64,000 nucleotides of DNA from Pseudomonadota bacterium (lineage in GTDB: Bacteria; UBA10199; 2-02-FULL-44-16; JAAZCA01). The translations under genes and the position numbers were made by a program. The stretch is from assembly GCA_043798915.1 (NCBI GenBank), contig JAZDOG010000068.1:498-64497 (forward strand), written 5' to 3'. Below the pieces are notes generated by a model. That model made no database searches and had not been told where the DNA came from. It saw only the letters and a program-made list of their open reading frames with translations. Below, piece after piece: positions 49,351-61,148 of the stretch (its first letter is position 1; every line of letters starts with the position of its first letter).

Positions 49351-50613
49351 TTATGTTCTCAGGTCCTTGGGCAACGTTATAGTGAATTTCGTCCCCTTGT
49401 CGCTTTCCGATTCAACCGAGATATCCCCTTTGTGCATGTCCACAATATCCTTTGCTATCGACAGGCCCAGCCCTGTGCCGGAGACGCCGTTTTTTTCAGT
49501 TTCATTGACCCGGTAGTATCTGTCGAATATTCTGCCGATATCGTCCTTGGATATTCCCATGCCGGTATCACGGACTGTCATGGTAATATTCTTCTCGCCT
49601 TCCTCCAGAGAAAAGTCGATGCGGCCCTTGGGCCTGTTGTACTTGATCGCGTTTTCCATCAGATTGCTTATAACCTCGTTGAGTTTATCGGAATCGCCCC
49701 ATATCTCTATCCTCTTATCCGGGATGGCGCCTTCCAGTATGATGCCTTTCTTTTTAGCGATCATCCCCAGCGAATCAAGTATGCCTTTTGCGGTCTCAGT
49801 AACGTCAAAGAGATTCCTTTTTATCCCGTCCCTGTCCCGGATCATGCTGTCCGACAGCAATATGTCGTCTATCATACGCGCCATGCGCTGCACGTTCGCC
49901 ACTGAAATGTCGAGGTACTTTTTCTGCTTTTCATTTATCTGGCCGCTTACGCCATCAAGCATCAGCCAAAGCGCCTCATTTATCGTCGCAAGCGGCGTCT
50001 TCAGGTCATGGGTGACGTTTGAAAGGAGCTCGCTGTTCTTTTTGTCATTTTTTGCGATCTGTTCCTCCAACCGCATGGCATCTATCGTTACGGCGGCAAA
50101 ATCCGCTATCGCCTTTAACAGGACAAGATCGTATTTTCTGAATATATCCCTGGATGTCTTATTGTTGACGTTCATCACCCCTATCGTCCTGTTGCGCATC
50201 TTAAACGGCACGCTCAACAATGAATTATTGTAGTACCTTCCGTCCGACCTCGGCGTGAAACGCGCGTCCTTCGTTATATCTTTTATCAGGAGCGGTTCTC
50301 CTGTTTTGCCGACCCAGCCTGAGATACCCTCGCCTATCTGCGCGCTGGCATTGCGCGTTGCCTTTTCATCGATGCCCTTCGCTGTCTTCACGACAAGCTG
50401 CTTCCTGGTACTGTCGATGAGCATTATCGAGACCATCTCCACGGACATATAAGATGCTACCCTGTTGACGAGTATCTTCAGACAATCTTCAATATCCATG
50501 GCGGACAAGAGCTCTGTCGCTATGGAATGCGATATCCTTAACGCGTAAGAACGTCCTGCAGGTGAATTGACAAGTCCGCCGCGCACATCCTTCGCATTTC
50601 TCTTCATCCTCAA
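49351..50613 (-). CDS. Cytoplasmic sensor histidine kinase (GAF, HisKA, HATPase_c). No adjacent response regulator.
   Basis: The H-box reads NVTHDLKTPLATI. N, G1 and G2 boxes are present, and an N-terminal GAF domain. No TM segments. Confidence 0.8.
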   Translation of the reverse strand: MRMKRNAKDVRGGLVNSPAGRSYALRISHSIATELLSAMDIEDCLKILVNRVASYMSVEMVSIMLIDSTRKQLVVKTAKGIDEKATRNASAQIGEGISGWVGKTGEPLLIKDITKDARFTPRSDGRYYNNSLLSVPFKMRNRTIGVMNVNNKTSRDIFRKYDLVLLKAIADFAAVTIDAMRLEEQIAKNDKKNSELLSNVTHDLKTPLATINEALWLMLDGVSGQINEKQKKYLDISVANVQRMARMIDDILLSDSMIRDRDGIKRNLFDVTETAKGILDSLGMIAKKKGIILEGAIPDKRIEIWGDSDKLNEVISNLMENAIKYNRPKGRIDFSLEEGEKNITMTVRDTGMGISKDDIGRIFDRYYRVNETEKNGVSGTGLGLSIAKDIVDMHKGDISVESESDKGTKFTITLPKDLRT

Positions 50614-50742
50614 TCCTCCTCAGTCACTCGCGGGACTTCTTCCGCTGTATATCGTGATCCAGGGAAGCCGGCAAGGGCTTTTGTGCCTTGATTGCTGAGC
50701 TTCACACGACATGTGATGAGCGGAGGGAGCCAAGGCATCAAC

Positions 50743-53139
50743 TCAATCCTTCACATCGACTCCCATGTAGGGGACGATCGTTTTCTTTTCGGGTGACTTG
50801 ATGAGGACGATCGTCCTGGAATCGGGCCAGAGCCGGATTTTCCCGCCCTCGATATCCACCTGCTCCTGAATTCCTGTGTCGTAGGTGACGCGGAAGCGTT
50901 TTGGGTTTTTGGGATTCTGGATCATAGGACTTTCATCGCAGGATTGGCATAGCCGCGATCTCCTCGGGATGTCGGACATTCCCATATAGATGTTGTGAAC
51001 GACCTCTGTGGCATTATTGCGCCAGGTCTGCCCCGCCAGTTGCTGGTTCCCGTCTTTTCTTATCTCGACCTTCCAGTGGAGGATGGGATCTTCGTAGAGG
51101 CCTTCCACGGGGCGAATGTGGCCGTCTTCCGCAATATCGTAATTGATGTGGGTGAAGGGGTCCTGATACCGGCCGGCCGGAAAATTGACCCTGATGTCTT
51201 TGATTTTTTTGTCGGGATCAAACAGCGCATCCTCTGCCGCTCGCTGAACATGAAGAAAGAGGAATTCCTCCCCGATCCTGGGGTCATCGGCAAAATAGGC
51301 TCGCTTGAAACAGACGGTGTTCTTGTCGCCAAAAATGCCGGGATCCGCCTCCTTGAGACCCGTTTCGAAACTTCCGAACATGAGCAGCTGCGCGTGCTGT
51401 CGGGCGAGGTTTTTGTCGAGGGCGAATTGGCGCTGGTACTGATTCTCGAGGAGCTTCTCGTCGGAAATATCCGTCGAAGGCCGCTCTGGGATGTAGCTCT
51501 TTCTCCCATCCGGGGCGGAGGGCTCCGGTTTCGGGACTCCTGGAAAGATCATCCGCCGGTTGAAGGGATCCCCTCCCGGGCCAAAGGGAAAGGTGTTGTG
51601 ACTCTCAAGATGACCTTCATAGTCATAGAGGGCAAAGGCGTCCTGTCCGTATTTGTAGCGCGGGCCCTGAAATCCGAGCTGAAATTTGTCGGCCGTCAAA
51701 AACGTGAGCGACGTCGGCCATGTATCCTTGTTGAAAAGCATCGGCTTGTCGTGGTTGTCGATAAAGGGGGCAAACTGGATGCGCTGATGGGCCGAAAGCG
51801 ATGCATAATGTTTGAGATACTGATGCATGCGGCCGAGGGGTTTTCCATTTCCCCAGACGTCATGGACGGCCTGCTGAAATCCAAAATCAAAAAAATGCAT
51901 ATAGGGAGTGTTATAGACACGAAACACCGTGCCGTTGGGATCGCTCGGTTCCCCATCGTCTTTGTACTCGCCGGCATTGAACCATTCGCCGGTGATCAAA
52001 AGATATCGCTTTTTTGAAGCCACCGCTTTTTCCACGAGGGGGAGTATAAATTTTGGATCCATGTGTTTGATGACGTCGAACCGAAATCCGTCGACCAGTC
52101 TTAAAAAGTAGAGCGCGCTCTTTTGGAGCACGTCGGCAACGAGGAGATTTTTGGTGTTGAACTGGGCCAGATCGGCGAGGGAATAGGTCCTCAGCATTTC
52201 AATAATTTTTTGTCCTGCGGGCGTATCGGGGTCGGGGTTGGGCTGAGTCCAGTTGTTGATCTCCGGGGTGTGCAGCCAGAAGCGCTTTGGATCATCGGCG
52301 ACGGCATCATATTCATTGGATTTGAGCCCCAGCGCTTCATGCTCTTTCCAGTAGTCCCAATACTTTCCGTCGCCGATGTAAAGTTTTCCCATGTCAGGGG
52401 AGTATCCATTCGTCCTTCTGGGCCCCGCGTGATGAAGGTTGCTGTCCAGTTGAACGCCGACGCCATGACCATTGAGGGAGGTGACCAGATTTTTAAAATC
52501 CTGTTCCGTCCCGTACCGGGGTTGAATTCTCGTGAGATGGCTCATCCAGTAATTGTGGTATGCGGAGGCCCCTCCCTCGGCGGTCCCCCGAAGGTTGTCC
52601 TGAATTGGCCCTAAGTAAATCGCTTCGCTCATGCGGGAGAGCCATTCGGCTTCTTGCCCGATGCCCTTGAAGTCCCCGCCCTGAAAGAGGCGCGGGTTCG
52701 ACGGATCAGTCGTCTTTCGAATGATCTCGTCACACAGATAGGAAGGAATCTGGTCCTCACAGGCGTTTGCGGGGATGTCATTGGCGGCATCCCCATTTTT
52801 GAAACGGTCCGTCGAAAAAATGTGGAACACCGTCATGGGCTGGGCCGCAGTGATGACACTGGCCCCTTGATGGAACCAGGCGATGTCGGTGTCGCTTTTG
52901 TGAGGAGATGCTTTTGTGTATCTGACTTCGGATTGGTCAATGTAGCCGTCTTTGTTGGCGTCCTTCACCCATCGCCACGGAATTTTTTCGCGCATCTTCC
53001 TTTCATACTGATCGGCGTAGATGTTGAATGTCTCCGGGCGCATCCCTGAAAAAATGCGGGTGGCGGATTCGCGCGTCATACGGTTCCCCCTCGAACATGC
53101 CCCGATGCACCTTCCCCCGAAGGCCCCAGCAATCAACAT
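50743..53139 (-). CDS. GH13 (alpha-amylase family) glycoside hydrolase with a ~300-aa N-terminal extension. Start uncertain.
   Basis: GH13 regions II DGFRFDVIKHM, III GEWFNAG and IV FIDNHD are present. GC is lower than surrounding genes. Confidence 0.8.
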   Translation of the reverse strand: MLIAGAFGGRCIGACSRGNRMTRESATRIFSGMRPETFNIYADQYERKMREKIPWRWVKDANKDGYIDQSEVRYTKASPHKSDTDIAWFHQGASVITAAQPMTVFHIFSTDRFKNGDAANDIPANACEDQIPSYLCDEIIRKTTDPSNPRLFQGGDFKGIGQEAEWLSRMSEAIYLGPIQDNLRGTAEGGASAYHNYWMSHLTRIQPRYGTEQDFKNLVTSLNGHGVGVQLDSNLHHAGPRRTNGYSPDMGKLYIGDGKYWDYWKEHEALGLKSNEYDAVADDPKRFWLHTPEINNWTQPNPDPDTPAGQKIIEMLRTYSLADLAQFNTKNLLVADVLQKSALYFLRLVDGFRFDVIKHMDPKFILPLVEKAVASKKRYLLITGEWFNAGEYKDDGEPSDPNGTVFRVYNTPYMHFFDFGFQQAVHDVWGNGKPLGRMHQYLKHYASLSAHQRIQFAPFIDNHDKPMLFNKDTWPTSLTFLTADKFQLGFQGPRYKYGQDAFALYDYEGHLESHNTFPFGPGGDPFNRRMIFPGVPKPEPSAPDGRKSYIPERPSTDISDEKLLENQYQRQFALDKNLARQHAQLLMFGSFETGLKEADPGIFGDKNTVCFKRAYFADDPRIGEEFLFLHVQRAAEDALFDPDKKIKDIRVNFPAGRYQDPFTHINYDIAEDGHIRPVEGLYEDPILHWKVEIRKDGNQQLAGQTWRNNATEVVHNIYMGMSDIPRRSRLCQSCDESPMIQNPKNPKRFRVTYDTGIQEQVDIEGGKIRLWPDSRTIVLIKSPEKKTIVPYMGVDVKD

Positions 53140-53254
53140 CTCGCGACAATCGATGCAGACTTGCAGGAACTACCCCAAAACGATGGGGGTGTATAGCGTG
53201 CTTTGGGGAAGCGGGCAAGGGGTTTTGATATGCACCCCTGACGGTTTTTCCGGC

Positions 53255-53290
53255 AAAAAAAAGGCTGCCCGAAAGGGGCAACCCTTTTTC
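53255..53290 (-). terminator. Rho-independent terminator, bidirectional in form, downstream of the membrane protein gene.
   Basis: The plus strand reads AAAAAAAA-ggctgccc-gaaa-ggggcaacc-CTTTTTC. On the minus strand the hairpin is followed by U8. Confidence 0.7.
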
Positions 53291-53309
53291 AGTTTCTTTG
53301 AAGAATCCC

Positions 53310-53726
53310 TTATGCCGTGGCGGTCTTGGGCGTAAACGTCGTCTGCCCGAAGACGAGCATGAGGAAGAAGACGATGTTGGCGATCGGCACCAGCCCGATC
53401 ATTATGCCCCACCAGCCGGGCTTGCCCAGCCTCTCTGCGATAGCCATCCATACCATTATCAGGATGACGAAGTTGACTATCGGGATGAGCATGAGGAGCA
53501 ACCACCACATCGGCTTATCCGCGAGCTTGAAGAGCAGGAACAAGTTCGCAATCGGAATGATCGCCCAGACGAAGGTCGATCCGAAGGGCATCCCCATCTT
53601 TTTGCCCAGCCGCGCGATGCAGTAGGCGAAGAAGACGTAGAACAGTATCCACACAATGACCATCCCCACGCCGATCCCGCTGCCCATCTGGCTCATCTGC
53701 ATCTCCATCATCTTCTGTTGATCCAT
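53310..53726 (-). CDS. Small integral membrane protein with an internal duplication (PLDc_N-like IPIVN motif).
   Basis: Two repeats occur: ...WAIIPIANLFLLFKLADKP and MWWLLLMLIPIVNFVILIMVWMAIAERLGKP, then GWWGIMIGLVPIANIVFFL. An AAGGGGGG RBS precedes the ATG at 53726. The track ORF extends to 53777. Confidence 0.5.
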   Translation of the reverse strand: MDQQKMMEMQMSQMGSGIGVGMVIVWILFYVFFAYCIARLGKKMGMPFGSTFVWAIIPIANLFLLFKLADKPMWWLLLMLIPIVNFVILIMVWMAIAERLGKPGWWGIMIGLVPIANIVFFLMLVFGQTTFTPKTATA

Positions 53727-53811
53727 GGTCCCCCCCTTGTGAGATTTTGAGTGCCACAAAGGTAGCAGAATTTTCAAACAGTGTCATCTTCAAATTACGG
53801 CACATTACCCC

Positions 53812-53839
53812 TTGACTTCCGCCGGCTTATAAATATAAC
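53812..53839 (+). promoter_or_regulatory. Candidate sigma70 promoter for lysS.
   Basis: TTGACT, then a 16-nt spacer, then TATAAC, about 60 nt upstream of the ATG. Confidence 0.35.
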
Positions 53840-53897
53840 TCTGCGAAATTTCAGACTTTTCGGCACGACGCATGCACGCCGCAAGGGGGAAATCCAA

Positions 53898-55388
<1,491 letters not shown>

Positions 55389-55393
55389 TCAGA

Positions 55394-56638
55394 ATGAACT
55401 TCACCACATGGGTAGCTCTCAGATATCTCATGTCGCGCAGGGCGGGCCGCTATGCGCCCCTGCTCACGGCAACCGCCGTGGCGAGCGTGGCGCTCGGCAT
55501 GCTGGCCCTGATCCTCGTGATGTCGGTGATGCGCGGCTTCAGGCAGGAACTCGCCAGCCGCCTCCTCGGTTTCAACGCCCACATAACGCTCTCCCGCTCG
55601 GCAGACGCAGGGCCGCTCGCGCGAGATGATGTCGAAGCGCTCGTCCCCAAGAGCAAGCTCCGCGACGCGGCGCCATTTGTCCAGGGCGAGATTATCGCCC
55701 AGTCGGCCGCGTCGGGCGAGCTCCTGGCGCAGGGCGCGCGCGTGCGCGGGATTGAGCCGGACTGGCTGGGCGCCATGGGCAAGGTTCGCTTCTATTTTCC
55801 CGAGGACAGCGCGGGATTTGACTCGCTCAAGGCCCTGCCAGGCGGGCTGCCAGGGGCGATCATAGGCAACGAGGTCGTCGCGCAGCTCTCCGTGCACCCG
55901 GACTTCGGCGATCGCGTCGACCTGGTCGCACCGCTGGCGGAGGTGGGGCCGACAGGCGAGCTCACCCCCAACGAGCGGCGTTTCGCTGTGACCGGGGTCT
56001 TCCTCTCCGGCGTGTTCGACTACGACAGCAAATATATACTCGTGGCCTTGTCTGAGGCGAAGAGACTCCTGGGCGAGCAGGCCGAGGAGGGCTGGCAGAT
56101 AAGGCTCACCGATGCAGCGAATGTCGCCGGGATCCTCTCTTCGATGAAGGCGAAGCTCCCCGCGGGCTGGAAGGCGGAGGGGTGGAACGAACAGAACCGC
56201 AAGCTCTTCGCGGCGCTCAAGCTCGAGCGCACCGCGATGGCCGGCGTCCTCATCATGGTCATGCTCATCGCATCGTTCGCAATCGTGGGCGTGGTGCTGC
56301 TCCTGACGGCGGCCAAGCGGAAGGACATAGCGATCCTCGAGGCTATTGGCTTGACGGAGCGCGGCGTGGGCCGGATATTCATCGCGCATGCCGCCCTGAT
56401 CGGCGCCGCGGGTTCTCTGATCGGCCTCGTCGCAGGCCTTGGAATCTGTTTCGCGCTCGAACGCTATCCGATCCGGCTCCCGGCGTCATACTATCTCGAC
56501 TGGCTGCCCGTGGATACGAACCCGGTCGCGGCGGTCGCCTTCGCGCTCGTGGGCGTGGCGATAGCTGTCGTGTCGTCGATATATCCGGTGAGGCAGGCGA
56601 TGAAGCTCAGCCCGGTCGAGGTGTTGAGGTATGAATAA
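55394..56638 (+). CDS. lolC: Lipoprotein-releasing system permease (FtsX/MacB-like). The LolC versus LolE assignment is tentative.
   Basis: A 4-TM FtsX-fold permease with a large periplasmic loop. It sits in a lolC-lolE-lolD cluster after lysS. Confidence 0.75.
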   Translation: MNFTTWVALRYLMSRRAGRYAPLLTATAVASVALGMLALILVMSVMRGFRQELASRLLGFNAHITLSRSADAGPLARDDVEALVPKSKLRDAAPFVQGEIIAQSAASGELLAQGARVRGIEPDWLGAMGKVRFYFPEDSAGFDSLKALPGGLPGAIIGNEVVAQLSVHPDFGDRVDLVAPLAEVGPTGELTPNERRFAVTGVFLSGVFDYDSKYILVALSEAKRLLGEQAEEGWQIRLTDAANVAGILSSMKAKLPAGWKAEGWNEQNRKLFAALKLERTAMAGVLIMVMLIASFAIVGVVLLLTAAKRKDIAILEAIGLTERGVGRIFIAHAALIGAAGSLIGLVAGLGICFALERYPIRLPASYYLDWLPVDTNPVAAVAFALVGVAIAVVSSIYPVRQAMKLSPVEVLRYE

Positions 56639-56642
56639 CTGA

Positions 56643-58040
56643 ATGTCACTCACGCATTTCATAAGCAGCCGTTTCAACGCGCGCGCCTCGCTCCCGCGCT
56701 CCATCCGCGCGATGCGCGCTGTCGCGATGACCGGCATCGCCATCGCGGTGGCAGCGCTGGTCGTCGCCACGTCGATCGGCCGCGGCTTTGAGAACCGCTA
56801 CCGCCGCGCGCTCATGGACTTCAACGCGCACATCGTCGTCATGGGCGGCGGCGAGATCGAGGATTCGCGCGATGTGACGGACCGCCTCGGCGTCGTCAGA
56901 TATTCATCCGGCGAGGATGCCAGCTTCGCAAGGCGATGGGCATGGGCGCTGCCGTGCCTGCGATGGCTCGATCATCTCTCCGGCAATCCGGCGATCGGAA
57001 GATTCATCCCCGCGAGCCTGGGGGAATTTGAAAAGCGGGTTGATGATGCGGCGGGCAGGGGAGTCCTGTCCTCCACGCCATTTCTCTATCGCGAGGCGCT
57101 GTCGGTCGGCGGCGGAAAGATACGCGGTGTCGTGGTCAAGGGGATAGACCCAGCCACGGTGAGGGATGTCAACGGCATGTCGATAACCCTTTTCGACGAA
57201 GGCAGGCCGCTTGAAGCTGCGATGGGCGCGGCCGGCGGAGAAGGGATCCCGGTCGTGGCAGGCCGGGCCCTGGCCCGCGAGTTCGGCGTCGACGGCAAAC
57301 CTTTCGACTTGAAGCTCATGATCCCCAAACTTGGGAAGGGGCAGAAGGGCGGCAGGCAGTTCGAGACGGTGCGCATAGTCGGCACCTTCGAGTCCGGGAT
57401 GCAGGACTACGACGCGCAGTTCATCCTCATGGCGCTTCCCCAGGCGCGCCGGCTTTTTCACGTCGCGCCAGGCGTGATCAGCGGTGTCGAGCTCAAGCTT
57501 GACGATCCGCAGCGCGCCGATGAAGTCGCAGCGAGGATCGACGAGAAGATGGGGCCGCATTACCGCGGAATCACGTGGAGCGAATTGAACCGCGAGCTCC
57601 TCTCCGCCGTCCGCCTCGAGCGGCTGGTCTCCGCCGTGATCATGGGGATCATGGTGGTCGTCGCCGCGCTCAACATCGTGGCGGTGCTCGTGCTCATGAC
57701 GATCTACAGGTTTCACGAGATATCCATCCTCAAGGCGCTGGGGCTTCCCGAGCGAAGAGTGCTCGCGCTGCTCACCAGGGGAGGATCGCTCATCGGCCTC
57801 TGGGGTGTCCTGGCCGGGCTCGCGATCGGAATCGGGATCGCAGAGGCAGCCGGCAGGCTCAACCTCATCCCGCTCGAGCCCGATATCTATCTGATCGCCT
57901 CGCTTCCAATTGACATTTCGCCGTTAATATGCGGAATGATAACGCTCTTTTGCATCGCAGTGGGTTTTTTGACATCGCTCTCCGCATCACGAAGTTTGAG
58001 TCGCATCCCGGTGGCCGAGGGGCTGCAGATGGGAAGGTAA
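56643..58040 (+). CDS. lolE: Second lipoprotein-releasing system permease (FtsX/MacB-like).
   Basis: A paralogous FtsX-fold permease immediately upstream of lolD. Confidence 0.75.
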   Translation: MSLTHFISSRFNARASLPRSIRAMRAVAMTGIAIAVAALVVATSIGRGFENRYRRALMDFNAHIVVMGGGEIEDSRDVTDRLGVVRYSSGEDASFARRWAWALPCLRWLDHLSGNPAIGRFIPASLGEFEKRVDDAAGRGVLSSTPFLYREALSVGGGKIRGVVVKGIDPATVRDVNGMSITLFDEGRPLEAAMGAAGGEGIPVVAGRALAREFGVDGKPFDLKLMIPKLGKGQKGGRQFETVRIVGTFESGMQDYDAQFILMALPQARRLFHVAPGVISGVELKLDDPQRADEVAARIDEKMGPHYRGITWSELNRELLSAVRLERLVSAVIMGIMVVVAALNIVAVLVLMTIYRFHEISILKALGLPERRVLALLTRGGSLIGLWGVLAGLAIGIGIAEAAGRLNLIPLEPDIYLIASLPIDISPLICGMITLFCIAVGFLTSLSASRSLSRIPVAEGLQMGR

Positions 58041-58049
58041 ATTCGTTTC

Positions 58050-58739
58050 ATGGATTCCATGGCTCTTCTCAAGGCGGTCGGTGTTTCCAAGGCCTACACC
58101 GATATGTCGGAACCGGTGTGGGTTCTGCGCGACCTGGATTTTGAAATCGGAAGGGGGGAACTGGTCGGGATATTCGGCGCCTCCGGCGCAGGCAAATCCA
58201 CGTTCCTGCACGTCCTCGGAGGAATAGATCATCCCAGCTCCGGCGCAGTCTATGCCGGCGGCAATGCGCTCCGTGGGATGAAGGCCGATGATCTGGCCCG
58301 CTTCAGAAACAGGGGCGTGGGGTTCGTCTTCCAGTTCTATCATCTGCTCGCGGAGTTCACGGCGCTTGAAAACGTCATGCTGCCGGCTCTCATAGCCGGC
58401 ATATCAAAGCGCGAGGCCGCGGGGCAGGCGGGGGAAGCGCTGGAAGCGATGGGGCTCTCCGCGCGCGCGAACCACAGGCCGGCGATGCTCTCGGGCGGCG
58501 AACAGCAGAGGGTTGCGCTGGCGCGGGCGGCGGTGCTTCAGCCGCCCGTGATACTGGCCGACGAACCGACCGGCAACCTCGACCACGAGACGGGGGATCA
58601 GGTTTTTGAGTATCTCCTGGGTCTCAACAGAAAGAGCGGGATGGCGCTTGTGATCGTCACCCACAACCGCGATCTCCTGAAACAGCTGCCAAAAGCATAT
58701 GAGCTGAAGGATGGAAAATTACATGAAATATGGAGGTAA
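58050..58739 (+). CDS. lolD: Lipoprotein-releasing system ATP-binding protein LolD.
   Basis: Present are Walker A GASGAGKST, the signature LSGGEQQRVALARA and Walker B ILADEPTGNLD. Confidence 0.9.
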   Translation: MDSMALLKAVGVSKAYTDMSEPVWVLRDLDFEIGRGELVGIFGASGAGKSTFLHVLGGIDHPSSGAVYAGGNALRGMKADDLARFRNRGVGFVFQFYHLLAEFTALENVMLPALIAGISKREAAGQAGEALEAMGLSARANHRPAMLSGGEQQRVALARAAVLQPPVILADEPTGNLDHETGDQVFEYLLGLNRKSGMALVIVTHNRDLLKQLPKAYELKDGKLHEIWR

Positions 58740-61017
58740 AATAGCGGCAGCAGTCATTGCCTTCTCAGTCCTTGGCGCGCTTGCGCTGCCTGCCGTCTCT
58801 TTTGCGGGCGGGGGGGCGATCCAGTCCATAGAGTTTGTCGGCAACAGGAGGACTCCCTCCGAAACGATCAAGACCACCGTCAAAACATCGGCCGGCCAGT
58901 CGCTGGATGTGCAATCGATCGACCGGGACATCAAGGCCCTCTACGGGCTCGGCCAGTTCAGCGACATACGCGTCGAGAGCGATCCCGCACCCGGTGGCAT
59001 CAAGCTCAAATACATCTTCGAGGAGAAGCCGGTGGTCGCCGAAATCGACTTCTCCGGAAACCGCAAGATAAAATCCGACGATCTTCGCAAGGATACCACT
59101 CAGCGCACATTCTCGGTGCTCGACCAGCGCGCCATCGCCGAGACGATCGAAAAGATCCGCGCAGCCTATGCGAAGAAGGGCTATTATCTGGCAGACGTCG
59201 ACTACCACATCGAATCCACCGAGGAAGGCGAGTCGAAGCTCGTCTTCGACATCCACGAGCACCAGGGGGTGTCGGTGCGGAGGGTGCTCTTCATCGGCAA
59301 CAAGGTCTACAAGGACAAGGAGCTGCGCGGCGTCATCAAGACCCAGCAGAAGAATCTCATAGGGTTTCTCACCGGCGCCGGCAAATATGAAGAGGAGATG
59401 CTGCGCAACGACGCCCTGATGCTCACCTATTTCTATCTCAACCACGGCTATCTCAAGGTGAAGGCCTCACCGCCGAAGGTGACGATATCCAAGGACAAGC
59501 GCTACATCTTCGTGACGTTCCAGGTTCATGAGGGCAGCCAGTACAAGATAGGCAAGATCGGCATCTCCGGCGACGTCCTGACGACGCAGGAAGAACTCAC
59601 GGCTCTCCTCAAGACGAAGAAGGGCGAAACCTACTCGCAGAAGACGCTCGAAGAGGACGTGATGGCCTTGACCGAGCGCTACGGCGACGAGGGCTACGCA
59701 TACGCGAGCATCAACCCGGACACGGCCCCGGACGACGAGAAGCTGACGGCCGACATCGACATCCGCATCGGCAAGGGCAAGCGCATCAAGGTGGAGCGCA
59801 TCAACATCTCCGGCAACGCGACGACGCGCGACAAGGTGATACGCCGCGAGATGGAACTCATGGAGAACGACCGCTTCAGCGAACGGCTCCTCCGAAAGAG
59901 CCGTGAGAAGCTCATGAAGCTGGGCTATTTTGAAGAGGTGAACTTCGCCACGCCGCGCGGCAGCCGCGACGACACGATGGTGCTCAACGTAACGGTCAAG
60001 GAAAAGCCCACGGGCAGCTTCAACATAAGCGCCGGTTTCTCCACATACGAGAACTTCATATTCAACGCGTCGGTGCAGAAGGAAAACTTCTTCGGCTACG
60101 GCGTCTCCGGCCAGCTCTCGGCTGAGCTGTCGAGCAAGCGGCAGCTCTTCATGCTCTCCGCCAACGATCCGTATTTCCTCGGCTCACAGTGGAGCGCCGG
60201 ATTTTCGGGCTACAGGAACGGATTCGCCTTTACCGACTTCACCCGCATAGCGACCGGCGGCGATGTCTCGGTGGGCCACCGTTTCCTGGACAACTTCTCT
60301 GCGCAGCTGACCTATCAGCTCGAAAAGGTTCAGGTCTCCGACTTCAACTATATCGTCCCGCAGGTATTCCGCCAGAACGCATCGGGCGTCACCTCGGAGC
60401 TCAATCTTGCGTTCGCGAGGGACAGCCGCGACAACAGGATCACGCCCCACAAGGGCCTCTACACCACTTTGACGCAGGAGGTCTCGGGGACGAAGCTTGG
60501 CGGCACCAACGATTTCTACAGGATCAACTGCCGGAACATGTTCTATTATCCGATCTGGAAAAGCCTGATCTTCCAGCAGTTCGCCCGCATCGGTTACATC
60601 AAGAGCCTCAACAATCAGCTGGTGCCGCTCTACGAGCGCTTCTTCACCGGCGGCTCCAACTCGCTCAGGGGCTATTTTCCCAACTCGGTCGGCCCCAAGG
60701 TGAGAATTCCAGCGTCGACCGGGGGCGGAGTCACCGACTTCGTCTACGGCGGCAACAAGCTGATGCTCTTCCTCACGGAGCTCGAAATCCCGATATATGA
60801 CAAGGGAGGCATCCGCGGAGTCGTGTTCTTCGACGCGGGCAACACATATGCGGAAAACGAGAATTACTCGTTCGCGAATCTACGCACCGACTACGGCTTC
60901 GGCATCCGCTGGAATTCCCCCATGGGTCCGCTGCGCTTCGAGTGGGGCTTCCCGATAGCCCGCCGCCCGGGTGAGGATCCGGTCCAGTTCAACTTCACAA
61001 TCGGTAATTACTTCTAG
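58723..61017 (+). CDS. bamA: Outer membrane protein assembly factor BamA.
   Basis: Present are a signal peptide, POTRA repeats and a C-terminal 16-strand barrel ending ...FNFTIGNYF. Confidence 0.9.
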   Translation: MKYGGKIAAAVIAFSVLGALALPAVSFAGGGAIQSIEFVGNRRTPSETIKTTVKTSAGQSLDVQSIDRDIKALYGLGQFSDIRVESDPAPGGIKLKYIFEEKPVVAEIDFSGNRKIKSDDLRKDTTQRTFSVLDQRAIAETIEKIRAAYAKKGYYLADVDYHIESTEEGESKLVFDIHEHQGVSVRRVLFIGNKVYKDKELRGVIKTQQKNLIGFLTGAGKYEEEMLRNDALMLTYFYLNHGYLKVKASPPKVTISKDKRYIFVTFQVHEGSQYKIGKIGISGDVLTTQEELTALLKTKKGETYSQKTLEEDVMALTERYGDEGYAYASINPDTAPDDEKLTADIDIRIGKGKRIKVERINISGNATTRDKVIRREMELMENDRFSERLLRKSREKLMKLGYFEEVNFATPRGSRDDTMVLNVTVKEKPTGSFNISAGFSTYENFIFNASVQKENFFGYGVSGQLSAELSSKRQLFMLSANDPYFLGSQWSAGFSGYRNGFAFTDFTRIATGGDVSVGHRFLDNFSAQLTYQLEKVQVSDFNYIVPQVFRQNASGVTSELNLAFARDSRDNRITPHKGLYTTLTQEVSGTKLGGTNDFYRINCRNMFYYPIWKSLIFQQFARIGYIKSLNNQLVPLYERFFTGGSNSLRGYFPNSVGPKVRIPASTGGGVTDFVYGGNKLMLFLTELEIPIYDKGGIRGVVFFDAGNTYAENENYSFANLRTDYGFGIRWNSPMGPLRFEWGFPIARRPGEDPVQFNFTIGNYF

Positions 61018-61148
61018 TATCCTGGACAATACCTTGTTTTCAGGCTCATTATTTGCTCTTGTTTTTCCTTAAAAGTTATAATAGAAGTCCGCAACTTTAC
61101 AAATAAACTATAAACTTTGCAGACAAACCATATAAGGAGGTAAGCGTC

